NCBI GenBank assembly: GCA_964476505.1
Contig: CAYZAW010000001.1
Location: 1 to 56,813, forward strand
DNA from: an uncultured Oscillospiraceae bacterium
GTDB lineage: Bacteria > Bacillota > Clostridia > Christensenellales > CAG-138
Length of the DNA stretch: 56,813 bases
Reading direction: 5' to 3'
A program made the translations under genes and the position numbers. Positions 1 to 8,373 of the stretch are shown here, one piece after another; within the stretch, counting starts at the first letter, position 1, and each line of letters opens with the position of its first letter. The notes beneath the pieces are model-generated. The model did not search any database. It was not told the origin of the DNA and saw only the letters and a program-made list of their open reading frames with translations.

Positions 1-2
1 TG

Positions 3-290
3 AGTGGGTCAATTTTTACTGGCGTTCTCGGTCAATTTTACTCCGGCGATTACAGGTATACCTTCTGCCGCAGCGGGATCGAAGAAATCGTACTGCCGGA
101 CAAGGTGATTGCGCTTCCTCCCTTCGCTTTCAAGGATTGCAAGAACCTGAAAAGAGTGGTATGCGGCGCAGGCATGAAGAAAATCTATTCCTGGGTATTT
201 GGCGGCTGCGACCGGCTTGAAGAGGTCATATGCGGTTCCAATGTAGAAATCAGCCCGGAGGCTTATAAAACGAAGGTGCTGAATACATAA
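3..290 (+). CDS. BspA-type leucine-rich-repeat protein, C-terminal fragment (5' end lies outside the window)
   Basis: Frame 3 is open from the window edge to TAA at 288-290. The translation ...FCRSGIEEIVLPDKVIALPPFAFKDCKNLKRVVCGAGMKKIYSWVFGGCDRLEEVIC... shows the aF..C..L..V.lP repeat typical of LRR_5/BspA proteins. Confidence 0.6.
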   Translation, partial: SGSIFTGVLGQFYSGDYRYTFCRSGIEEIVLPDKVIALPPFAFKDCKNLKRVVCGAGMKKIYSWVFGGCDRLEEVICGSNVEISPEAYKTKVLNT

Positions 291-465
291 TGGATTGTGC
301 ATGATAAACAAGCTATTGAAACAATTGAAAAAGCACACCCCTCAATTTAAAAAGGAAGCTTGATATACCAGCTAAAAACACGTTTATATGGGGAGATAAA
401 CAAAACGGAAGACCGCCGTAAAAGGTGATAGGGTATAAATAGTTAACACAGGAGCGATTGGAATC

Positions 466-744
466 ATGGAATTTCGGGAACTGACAACAGAAGAATTTGA
501 CGCCGGCCTTGCGTTGGCATGGACGGTGTTTCAGCAGTACGAGGCACCGGAGCAGGTCACAGACGGCATCCGCTTCACGCCCATGGAGTGCCGCCTGCGC
601 AATCCCGATTGCCCGTGCAAGCGGACGAAATGCTCCCGTCACGGAAACTGCGTTGCCTGCCGGGAACACCATCGGGACGAAAAGCAAAAGCCGCCTGCCT
701 GCGAGCGCCCGGCAAAGCGGGAGCGGCGAAGACGGGAACGGTAA
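466..744 (+). CDS. Small Cys-rich protein (DUF6485-like core) with a GNAT-like N-terminal extension and a poly-basic tail
   Basis: ATG 466 lies behind AGGAG. Residues 40-80, MECRLRNPDCPCKRTKCSRHGNCVACREHH..PPAC, match the C-x-C / C-x5-C-x2-C / HH pattern of small clostridial Cys-rich proteins. Residues 1-37 resemble the start of a GNAT. The C-terminus is KRERRRRER. ATG 583 is an alternative start. Confidence 0.5.
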   Translation: MEFRELTTEEFDAGLALAWTVFQQYEAPEQVTDGIRFTPMECRLRNPDCPCKRTKCSRHGNCVACREHHRDEKQKPPACERPAKRERRRRER

Positions 745-804
745 CACGATCACGGGCGTACCGCATATGAAAACAGGAAACGCACCCCGGCACGCTAACC
801 GCTG

Positions 805-2403
805 TCAGCTTCTGAGCTTAAAGGTTTTTGGCGCCAAACGATAGGCGAGGATAAATGCCGCAATGGCGTAGATGATGCAAAACGCCGAGATCGCCGCGCC
901 AAAATACAGCGTGGGCAGCTGCACCTGAATGGCAAGCCAGCTCACCATGTAGGTTACCCAGTTGAGGATACCGAAGGTTGCGCTTTTGCTCTCCAAATTC
1001 ACGTTATAGGGCTGGAGCAGATAATACAGCACCATGTTGTGTACCGAAAAGAAAACCGACATGGCAATAATGGACACAAACAGCACCACATAGTTTAACG
1101 GCTCCACGGTGCCGCCGGTGATATACAGCAGCATGGGAAGCCCCAGCGCGATCACGACGGCAGGCATAAGGTTTATCAAAATCACATATTTCAGGCGTGC
1201 CACAAACAGCGTAAGCAGCGCCTTTGGCTGGCGGTAAAAGCGGTAGGCCAGCATGCTGTGGTCGCAGTTCATAAACATGGCCTGCGTGATGGTTCTGCCG
1301 CGGTTGATGAGATACATCACGAACAGGAAGTACGGCAGATAATTCAAGCACAGCTCATTGACCTCATCGTTTGCATCGGGAAACAGGTACAGCGCTACAA
1401 AGGCTGCGGCAAACAGTACAGCCGCGCCAACGGTGATGCGTTTCGCGGAGCGGGTCAAAAGCTTTGCGTGCCGCTTCATGAACAGCTCGTTAAAGTACTG
1501 ATAGCCGCTTTTATTGCTGGTCTGCGAGAAGTCCGCCGTCATCTTTTTTTGCAGCGCAAGCTGCTGTGCAGCGCCTGCCGCGTTCGTGCCGGCGCTGCCC
1601 ATAAAGTTCTCCGGCTTTAACAGCTCCTTATAAATGGAACGGTAATCGTCAAATCGTAAAATACGCCGAAGCGAAAAGGCGGCGGGAATCAATAGTACTG
1701 CCGTGAGCACCCATAGTACCATTTCAGGCAGGGCGAATCCAAGATAGGGGAGAGCCGCCAAGCCCAACAGAGCAGCAGCGCCAACCCACATAAGCGGCAT
1801 AAATTTGTTTTCGTTGTATGATTTTTTCTGCTTATTGCAATCCTCAAGGCTAAGCGCCGTAAAGCAGAGCTTTACGCAGACCACATAAACCGGGATCGCC
1901 AAACACGTAAGCACGGACGCACCGGCCAACAGGCCAAACAGGAAGGAGAACGCTGTAAAGCCTAAAAGCATTTTGAAAAGGAAATAGAAATAGCCCGTTA
2001 GCGTATAGCGCTTCGCGTCCATTCGTAGCAGAAATATGGCATAGAACTTGTCCTTGGTGGGGTTAAAGATGTATGTATTCAGGAAGCCGCCGGCGATGGT
2101 GGCAAAAATCAGCACATGTGCAAAGCTGTCCGGCGCGTTGGCTTGCATAACGGCAAGCTGCGTCCAGATCAGGAACAGATAGAGCGCCTTCCCTAAAAAT
2201 ACGGAAAAGAGCTCCGATATTCCGCTCACGATGTTGGCAAAGGCTTTGAGCCCGCGGCTTGCATACAAGGAGGACGGAAGGAGTTTTTTAATGAGAGGAA
2301 TCCCTTTTAACGCCCAGATGATACTGTTCGTTTTATAGGTGTTGCGAAGGCGGAATGCAACCGCAAAGGTTTTAAGCATCCTCCTCACCTCTAAGCGCAG
2401 CAA
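805..2403 (-). CDS. Polytopic membrane protein, putative permease partner of the adjacent ABC ATPase
   Basis: 532-aa ORF with many hydrophobic helices. Its start (TTG 2403 or ATG 2379) overlaps the stop of the ATPase gene at 2372-2374. No enzymatic motif recognised. Confidence 0.6.
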   Translation of the reverse strand: MLRLEVRRMLKTFAVAFRLRNTYKTNSIIWALKGIPLIKKLLPSSLYASRGLKAFANIVSGISELFSVFLGKALYLFLIWTQLAVMQANAPDSFAHVLIFATIAGGFLNTYIFNPTKDKFYAIFLLRMDAKRYTLTGYFYFLFKMLLGFTAFSFLFGLLAGASVLTCLAIPVYVVCVKLCFTALSLEDCNKQKKSYNENKFMPLMWVGAAALLGLAALPYLGFALPEMVLWVLTAVLLIPAAFSLRRILRFDDYRSIYKELLKPENFMGSAGTNAAGAAQQLALQKKMTADFSQTSNKSGYQYFNELFMKRHAKLLTRSAKRITVGAAVLFAAAFVALYLFPDANDEVNELCLNYLPYFLFVMYLINRGRTITQAMFMNCDHSMLAYRFYRQPKALLTLFVARLKYVILINLMPAVVIALGLPMLLYITGGTVEPLNYVVLFVSIIAMSVFFSVHNMVLYYLLQPYNVNLESKSATFGILNWVTYMVSWLAIQVQLPTLYFGAAISAFCIIYAIAAFILAYRLAPKTFKLRS

Positions 2404-3079
2404 TGATTTTATCCTTAAACGCGGTATTGTCCAAATCTGCCTTGTCGATCTCCTCCAGCACGCCGTCGTTCAATACAACGATCTCATCGCAAAGATCAAG
2501 CGCCAACTCCATGATGTGCGTGGAGAATATAATGATATGCTCGCTCTTGATGCTTCGAAGCAGCTGCTTCATTTCGTCCGCCACCACCACGTCAAAGGAG
2601 GTAAGGGGCTCGTCCAGAAGCAGGATGCCGGGGTTGGCGATAAAGTTCACCAGCATCTGTATTTTGTTTTTCATGCCGTGGGAGTAGTCCTTGATGAGCC
2701 GATCCCGATCCTCGGCGGCAATACGCATCATATCAAAGTATTCGTCGATGCTCTTCTCCTCGCGGATGCTGTCCTTGTTGATGTCAATGAAGAATTTCAA
2801 GAACTCCCGGCCTGCCAAAAATTCCGGCACCACCGGCGTGGAAAGCACGTAACCTATGTCCTCTGCGCGAACAGGGCGCTCTACACCGTTCTCCATGATG
2901 GAAAAGCTGCCATCATCAATGGGCAGGTCCTCGTTGACGCAGTTGAAGAGCGTGGTTTTGCCCGCGCCGTTGCGCCCCAAAAGCCCGTATATTTTGCCGG
3001 TTTCAAAGGTAAAGGTGGCACCCTTTAGCACTTCCTTTTTTTCAAAGCTCTTTTTTACCCCGTTCAGTATAAGTTTCAT
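2372..3079 (-). CDS. ABC transporter ATP-binding protein (exporter type)
   Basis: Walker A GRNGAGKTT, signature-like YSHGMKNK, Walker B LLLDEP. ATGA start/stop overlap with the upstream hydrolase gene at 3076-3079. Confidence 0.9.
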   Translation of the reverse strand: MKLILNGVKKSFEKKEVLKGATFTFETGKIYGLLGRNGAGKTTLFNCVNEDLPIDDGSFSIMENGVERPVRAEDIGYVLSTPVVPEFLAGREFLKFFIDINKDSIREEKSIDEYFDMMRIAAEDRDRLIKDYSHGMKNKIQMLVNFIANPGILLLDEPLTSFDVVVADEMKQLLRSIKSEHIIIFSTHIMELALDLCDEIVVLNDGVLEEIDKADLDNTAFKDKIIAALRGEEDA

Positions 3080-3864
3080 TTCTGCGCTTCTCCGTTCTTT
3101 CTGTTTGGTGTGCCGTATTCGCCGGTCGGCACCGTGTTTTCCGTTATGAAATCACAAATCAGTTGATTGAATCTTCCTGCAAAAAGCGGGGGGATGTTAT
3201 GTGCCGCTTTCTCCCAGATCTCATACCTGCAATGCGCATTCATTTCGGACATTTTCTTTACGCTGTCTGTCAATTCGCGGCTTTCCCTTGCGCCTGCCAG
3301 CGCCATTACAGGGATAGATATGTTGCTAAATGCCGGTACGCTTCCCAACGTTATTCCATTATACACAAGGTTGCGAACCGTTTCTTCCTTTACGTTTTGC
3401 ATCTGTAAAACGAACTCCTTACATTGCTTCGGCGGCAAACCGTTCATGACGGCTGTGAACCCGCAAAGGAATCGGTTTTGCAATGCGTGAAACTGCTTCA
3501 GGTTCAACGCGTATATCTCCGAAAGCATAGGCTCCTCTTTGATCAGCCAAGGGCTGACAATGATTGCGCCTTCAAACAATTCCTCGTGTTCCGACACCAG
3601 CTTATAGGCCAACTGTGCGCCAAGCGAAAACCCAACAAGCCACACCTTTTTGGGGAGCGTTTGTATAAACGCCGCAAGCTCTTGTATACAAGCGTCTGTT
3701 TCAAACACATTCTCCGTATGATATCCGAACCCCATGATGTGCACAACGATAATATGATATTTCTTTGCAAGCGCATACTGCCTGCCAAAGGCATGCACAA
3801 AATGTGCGCCATGCAGCATCACGATGGTTTGGCTGTTTTCTTTTCCATACTCCTCGGTTATCAT
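3076..3864 (-). CDS. Alpha/beta-fold hydrolase
   Basis: ATG 3864 has AAGGAG about 6 nt upstream; the TTG at 3885 has no RBS. Motifs: VMLHGA oxyanion region, GFSLG nucleophile elbow, C-terminal AAHNIP histidine. Confidence 0.8.
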   Translation of the reverse strand: MITEEYGKENSQTIVMLHGAHFVHAFGRQYALAKKYHIIVVHIMGFGYHTENVFETDACIQELAAFIQTLPKKVWLVGFSLGAQLAYKLVSEHEELFEGAIIVSPWLIKEEPMLSEIYALNLKQFHALQNRFLCGFTAVMNGLPPKQCKEFVLQMQNVKEETVRNLVYNGITLGSVPAFSNISIPVMALAGARESRELTDSVKKMSEMNAHCRYEIWEKAAHNIPPLFAGRFNQLICDFITENTVPTGEYGTPNRKNGEAQK

Positions 3865-4039
3865 GCCTGCTCCTTTTACTTCCAATTGATCCGCTTGCTA
3901 GTATACCATGCCAATTGCAATATTGTACATAAACGCCGCATACGTTCACAACGGTGCAGCTTTATGCAAGCCGTGCCGATTAATGATATAATCATTGGCA
4001 AGCAACCAACATAACTAAGATGCACAGGAGACAGATGCA

Positions 4040-4531
4040 ATGTTAATATTAAGCCCCCTTCATGACAACGATATCCCGCTGGTGGAATGCTGGCTTCGTA
4101 AAGCGCATGTAAAACGGTGGTACGAGATCCCGCGGCTGGGGATCACGATAGACGACTGGATTGCCGAGATCAAAGCGTACAAGGGCGAATTTCGCTGGAT
4201 CAACTACTGCATTGTACAGTGGCAGGATGATCCCATCGGGCTGTGCCTGTACTATCGCTGCGAGGACAGTAAGGACGAGGACTTTGGTTCCCTGCCGCTT
4301 GCGGGCTCTTACGGGATCGATTACATGATCGGAGAGGAAGCGTACCTGCATAAGGGGCTTGGAAAGAGCATGATCGATCTTTTGGTGGAGCGGATTTTTG
4401 CACTTCCCGGCGCTATTAGGGTAACTGCCGATGTCGATCCGGAAAACGCAGCATCGCAAAAAGCGCTGCTGTCCTGCGGATTTACGAAGCTGGACGCACA
4501 GCGCTGCCGGTATGTACTATCGCAACTTTAA
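4040..4531 (+). CDS. GNAT N-acetyltransferase, AAC(6')-Ib-like subfamily (possible aminoglycoside acetyltransferase)
   Basis: LVECWLRKAHVKRWYE parallels the L..WL...HV..WW motif of AAC(6')-Ib. GIDYMIGEEAYLHKGLGKSMIDLLVERIF...VTADVDPENAASQKALLSCGF parallels GIDQLLAN..QLGKGLGT.LV..LVE.LF...IQTDPSP.N..AIRCYEKAGF. Confidence 0.7.
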   Translation: MLILSPLHDNDIPLVECWLRKAHVKRWYEIPRLGITIDDWIAEIKAYKGEFRWINYCIVQWQDDPIGLCLYYRCEDSKDEDFGSLPLAGSYGIDYMIGEEAYLHKGLGKSMIDLLVERIFALPGAIRVTADVDPENAASQKALLSCGFTKLDAQRCRYVLSQL

Positions 4532-4557
4532 ATCTGCACGAAAGAACTGAGTAGATA

Positions 4558-5397
4558 ATGAAAAACAAAAAACTGAAACTAACGCTGTTATCCTTGTTGC
4601 CCTTGGTTTTGATACCAATTGGTTTATGCATCTTTTTCCAAAGCAAAATGGATAAAGGAACTGTGGATGCTGTGAAGGTACAAGACCACATCTGGCTGCT
4701 AAACGAAAACAATGAAGCCACCGGTTACCTTGTGGTAGGGGAAAAACAGGCGGCGGTGATCGATACCATGAACGGCTATCAGGATTTGAGAAAAACCGTT
4801 CGGGCGATCACGGAGCTTCCGGTCATTGTGATCAATACCCATGGACATACCGACCACGTTTGGGGTGATGGATACTTTGGGGAAGCGTACCTGAACCAAG
4901 CGGACTGGGTTATTGCGGAGCAAGGCTATAAAAAAATACTGTATCAGTATATCAAGCTTAGAAATCAGCTAAAGGATGTTCGCTTTACGGATATCCGGGA
5001 AGGCGACTGCTTTGATTTGGGCGGCGTGACCCTTACGGCTTACAGCCTGCCGGGGCATACGCCGGGCGGCATGTGCTTTCTTGACCGTGAGGACAGAATC
5101 CTGTTTACGGGGGATGGCATCAACCGGCATTGCTGGATGCAGCTTGCAGAAGCTCTGCCGATAGCGACCTTTGTAGAGAATTTGGAAGCACTGGGCGCTA
5201 TTAGAAAGGACTACGACTATATCTGTCACGGGCATGCTGCCGGGCTGGAGGAAGCAACGCTTTATGATGAGCTTTTAACTGCGGCAAAAGAGCTTTGTAA
5301 CGGGCAAACCTCCATGGATACAACATACGAGTATTGGGGCGGCACCTGCATGCAGCATCCTTTTCCGTCCGGGAACGGCGTGATCGTATATCGGTGA
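4558..5397 (+). CDS. MBL-fold metallo-hydrolase with an N-terminal membrane anchor or signal
   Basis: N-terminal hydrophobic segment LTLLSLLPLVLIPIGLCIFF. HxHxDH motif NTHGHTDHVWGD, then LPGHTPGG, FTGD and ICHGH. Confidence 0.8.
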   Translation: MKNKKLKLTLLSLLPLVLIPIGLCIFFQSKMDKGTVDAVKVQDHIWLLNENNEATGYLVVGEKQAAVIDTMNGYQDLRKTVRAITELPVIVINTHGHTDHVWGDGYFGEAYLNQADWVIAEQGYKKILYQYIKLRNQLKDVRFTDIREGDCFDLGGVTLTAYSLPGHTPGGMCFLDREDRILFTGDGINRHCWMQLAEALPIATFVENLEALGAIRKDYDYICHGHAAGLEEATLYDELLTAAKELCNGQTSMDTTYEYWGGTCMQHPFPSGNGVIVYR

Positions 5398-5408
5398 ATA
5401 CACGGGTA

Positions 5409-5969
5409 TCAACCGCGCTGCTTTGCCGCCTCCGCGAGATATTCCGAAGCGGATATCACCCTTGCAAAGCTTCCGTTCAGCGCGGCAAAATAAGCCGCTT
5501 GTACTGCCGGGGCAGATGCCTCCTGCCCGTTCCACGTAAGGCTGCGGGTTGCGCAGGCATCCGCAATCAATATGTTCGAAAAGCCTAAATCGCTTGCTGC
5601 GCGCACGGTGGTGTCTACGCACATATGCGTCATCATGCCGCAAAACACAAGCTCATGCGCGCCGCACTTTTGCAGTTCCTCCAGCAAAACTGTTTCCCGA
5701 AAGCTACTGGGATAGTGCTTTACCACTACTGTCTCTCGCTCTTGCGGCAGGAGTGCGCTGTGCAGTAAAACGCCTGGCGTATCCGGCTCGAAAAATGTAT
5801 CGCCGGGAGCGGCAATATGCTGTATAAAGAATACGGGCAGACCGTCCGTACGAAACCTAGCTAATATTTGCTGCGCTTTTTCGAGCGCTTCGTCTGCGCC
5901 AAAGAGCGTCCATTTCCCGCCGGGGAAGTAATCGTTCTGGATGTCAATAATGATCAGTGCCTGTTTCAT
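5409..5969 (-). CDS. Isochorismatase-family cysteine hydrolase
   Basis: MKQALIIIDIQNDYFPGGKW start and conserved THMCVDTT catalytic-Cys region. RBS GGAAAGGA lies upstream. Confidence 0.85.
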   Translation of the reverse strand: MKQALIIIDIQNDYFPGGKWTLFGADEALEKAQQILARFRTDGLPVFFIQHIAAPGDTFFEPDTPGVLLHSALLPQERETVVVKHYPSSFRETVLLEELQKCGAHELVFCGMMTHMCVDTTVRAASDLGFSNILIADACATRSLTWNGQEASAPAVQAAYFAALNGSFARVISASEYLAEAAKQRG

Positions 5970-6281
5970 AAGCGTCCTTTCCTGCTGGCGGTATAAAGTA
6001 TCGGTATGTTATGCGGTATGGTAAACTCAATTGTGCGCGTTCATCATACCATTCGCTTTCTGATCGCGTCAAGAAAGCATGCCGCACGACAAAATGGCAA
6101 TACGCATCAGTGCCCTGACACCATGTATCTGTAGCCTGACTACCTGTGCTATACTGGTACTGGTAAAACCTACCGTATGCTATTACCAACAGTACAGTAA
6201 CTATATAAGCGGCGGTGAAAAGGAATGTGCGTTGCTGCCGTAACCGCAGGGATTATGTGCATATTGCAGAAATGGAGCGTT

Positions 6282-7229
6282 ATGATGAATCGCGATTGTA
6301 CACCATACGGCTGCAAAGAATCACATAAAACGCATTACCGAGCGTTGCTTGGGTTGCTTTTGCTGCTGAGCACGGTGCTTCTTTGGACTGCCGCCTGTCA
6401 GGATACGGCGAAGCGCATCACCAACGTTTCGGAACCGGATAAATACGGATATCAAACCTGTGCGTACGACGGGCTCACAAGAAAGTTCATCCTATATGTG
6501 CCGGAAACCGCAAAAGAAGATGCACCGCTTGTTTTCATGCTGCATGCGCGAAGGCAAAACGCTTTTTCCTTTCAAACCGGCAGCGGTATGAACGAAACCG
6601 CGCAGAAGTACGGCTATGCCGTTGTGTATCCGGAGGCGGCAAAGGATATTTTGAATAAAAGCCTGAACTTGGGCGCTAGCTGGAGCTCCGGCTTTGAGGA
6701 AACCGGCGTGGACGACGTGGGCTTTCTTTGCGCACTGGCAAACTATCTGCAAAAGGAGTACGGCTTTAGAAAAGATGCCACCTTTGCCGTGGGCTATATC
6801 AACGGCGGGTACATGGCGTATTGCCTCGCCAATAACGCGCAGGATACCTTTCGGGCGGTAGCAAGTATATCCTCTAACATGACCAAGGGCGATTGGGATG
6901 CGCGTAAAGAAACCGCTGCGGTGGGCATTTTGCAGGTAAACGGTACCAAGGACAGGATGATCTATCTGGAGGATGCGCAAGGCTTGGCCCCCGCCGTTTA
7001 TGATGTGGTCGATTACTGGAAGAATGCCAACGGCTTGGACGTTATGGAGGAAAAGACGCTTTCCGATATTACCTCTATGCGCTGTTATTCCGGCACAAAC
7101 AGCGCGGAGCATGTTTGGTATCTGGAAATCGAGGGCGCTACGCATACTTGGCCCAGCGAAGAATTCTCCGGTATCATCATCAACAACGTGATGCTGGACT
7201 TTTTTGATCAATATGCAAGGAACGGCTGA
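6282..7229 (+). CDS. LpqC/PHB-depolymerase-family esterase-like lipoprotein with the nucleophile Ser replaced (GYING)
   Basis: ATG 6282 lies behind GGAG. Signal peptide plus lipobox-like LWTAAC. Family blocks: PLVFMLHA, GMNETAQKYGYAVVYPE, GVDDVGFL, NGTKD, GATHTWP. The usual G-x-S-N-G-G elbow reads GYINGG (Ile codon 6798-6800). Confidence 0.75.
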   Translation: MMNRDCTPYGCKESHKTHYRALLGLLLLLSTVLLWTAACQDTAKRITNVSEPDKYGYQTCAYDGLTRKFILYVPETAKEDAPLVFMLHARRQNAFSFQTGSGMNETAQKYGYAVVYPEAAKDILNKSLNLGASWSSGFEETGVDDVGFLCALANYLQKEYGFRKDATFAVGYINGGYMAYCLANNAQDTFRAVASISSNMTKGDWDARKETAAVGILQVNGTKDRMIYLEDAQGLAPAVYDVVDYWKNANGLDVMEEKTLSDITSMRCYSGTNSAEHVWYLEIEGATHTWPSEEFSGIIINNVMLDFFDQYARNG

Positions 7230-7337
7230 CCAATGCATTTGCATTGTTCAAAGCGTTGCAAACACGCGCCCATATCTGGACTTTCCTACCGTAATACAGT
7301 ACAATGATACTAATTTCCATATGCTAGGAGAATATGT

Positions 7338-8303
7338 ATGAACAGTACAGACAACACGGCGCAAACCGGCGGCGCTGCCGTTTTGCAGCAAAAAAAACAC
7401 ACGTCCAAACAACTTATCCTGTTGATACTGGCAGGGCTGCTTGTACTGATCGGCTTGCTGTTTCTTTTTTGGCGGCAGCAGCCGGCAAATCTCATACAAA
7501 ACGTGTCCGAGCCGGATCAATACGGCTTTCGTACCTGCGAGTATAAAGGGGAGGAGCGCCAGTTCAACCTGTTTATACCCGAAAGCGCGGGGAAGGACGC
7601 GCCGCTGTTGGTGGTGCTGCATGCCTATGAGGCGATCAATGTGGTTGCCATGCCAACCGTCACCGGCATGAACGATGCGGCGGAGGAGCACGGGTACGCG
7701 GTGGTATATCCTAAGACACTCAAGGATAAAAATCTGGTGGGCGCAACGGGCGGCTGGAACTCCGGCGCAAAGGATACCGGAAACGACGACCTCGGCTTTT
7801 TAACGGCGTTGGTCAGGTATCTGCAGAAAACATACGGCTTCAGCACAAAAAACACCTTTGTGGCAGGGTACATGAACGGCGGATTTATGGCGTACTATCT
7901 AGCCAATAATGCGCCCGATGTATTCCGGGCGGTAGCCAGCGTTTCCGGAACCATGGTAACGAACGACTGGAATCAGCGAAAGGAGACTGCCTCCGTAGGT
8001 GTACTGCAAATAAACGGCAGCAAAGACGAAATCGTCGATTTAGAGGTTTCCACGAGCTTTGCCCCCGTGATACACGACATTATTGCGTATTGGGTCAATG
8101 CAAACGGGCTGGATACCATGGAGGAAAAGCAGCTATCCCCTCGGACTACGGCATATTGCTATTCCGGCGCGGACAAGGAGGACTACGTTTGGTATGTGGA
8201 GATTCAAGACAGCTGCGGCGGTTGGCCGGTGGAAAGCTTTTCAGGGATTCGCGCAAGCGATGTGATACTAAGCTTTTTCGATCAATACAGAGCAAATAAA
8301 TAG
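7338..8303 (+). CDS. Tandem paralogue of the esterase-like protein, membrane-anchored, lacking both nucleophile Ser (GYMNGG) and the family His
   Basis: AGGAG RBS. N-terminal TM LILLILAGLLVLIGLLFLFW. Collinear with 6282-7229 (NVSEPDQYGFRTCEYKG, HGYAVVYPK, DVFRAVASVS, ANGLDTMEEKQLS). Met codon 7872-7874 sits at the Ser position. DSCGGWP replaces GATHTWP. Confidence 0.75.
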   Translation: MNSTDNTAQTGGAAVLQQKKHTSKQLILLILAGLLVLIGLLFLFWRQQPANLIQNVSEPDQYGFRTCEYKGEERQFNLFIPESAGKDAPLLVVLHAYEAINVVAMPTVTGMNDAAEEHGYAVVYPKTLKDKNLVGATGGWNSGAKDTGNDDLGFLTALVRYLQKTYGFSTKNTFVAGYMNGGFMAYYLANNAPDVFRAVASVSGTMVTNDWNQRKETASVGVLQINGSKDEIVDLEVSTSFAPVIHDIIAYWVNANGLDTMEEKQLSPRTTAYCYSGADKEDYVWYVEIQDSCGGWPVESFSGIRASDVILSFFDQYRANK

Positions 8304-8330
8304 AGAAGCCCTTTTGTTGCTGGGCTTCTC
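8303..8330 (-). terminator. Stem-loop GAGAAGCCC-N10-GGGCTTCTC; likely terminator for the minus-strand ADH operon
   Basis: 9-bp perfect stem. On the minus strand it is followed by TATTTATTT. It lies between convergent genes. Confidence 0.5.
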
Positions 8331-8340
8331 CTTGGTGCAA

Positions 8341-8373
8341 CAGACGGTATTTTCCGTCTGTTTTTCGTTTTTT
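8341..8373 (+). terminator. Rho-independent terminator after the esterase-like pair
   Basis: CAGACGG-TATTTT-CCGTCTG followed by TTTTTCGTTTTTT. Confidence 0.65.

Noticed and set aside
3981-3995. AATGAT-ATA-ATCATT palindrome upstream of the AAC(6')-like gene, and other AATGATA 7-mers (for example 45579-45585), as extra copies of the GntR-box
   Set aside because: Only a 6-7 nt core is shared, which is expected by chance in AT-rich promoter DNA. The palindrome also simply embeds a TATAAT -10 box. I kept only the 12-mer matches as a finding.
6225-6281. N-terminal extension MCVAAVTAGIMCILQKWSV of the first esterase-like ORF
   Set aside because: Spacing to an RBS is poor. ATG 6282 has GGAG at the correct distance and yields a normal signal peptide.
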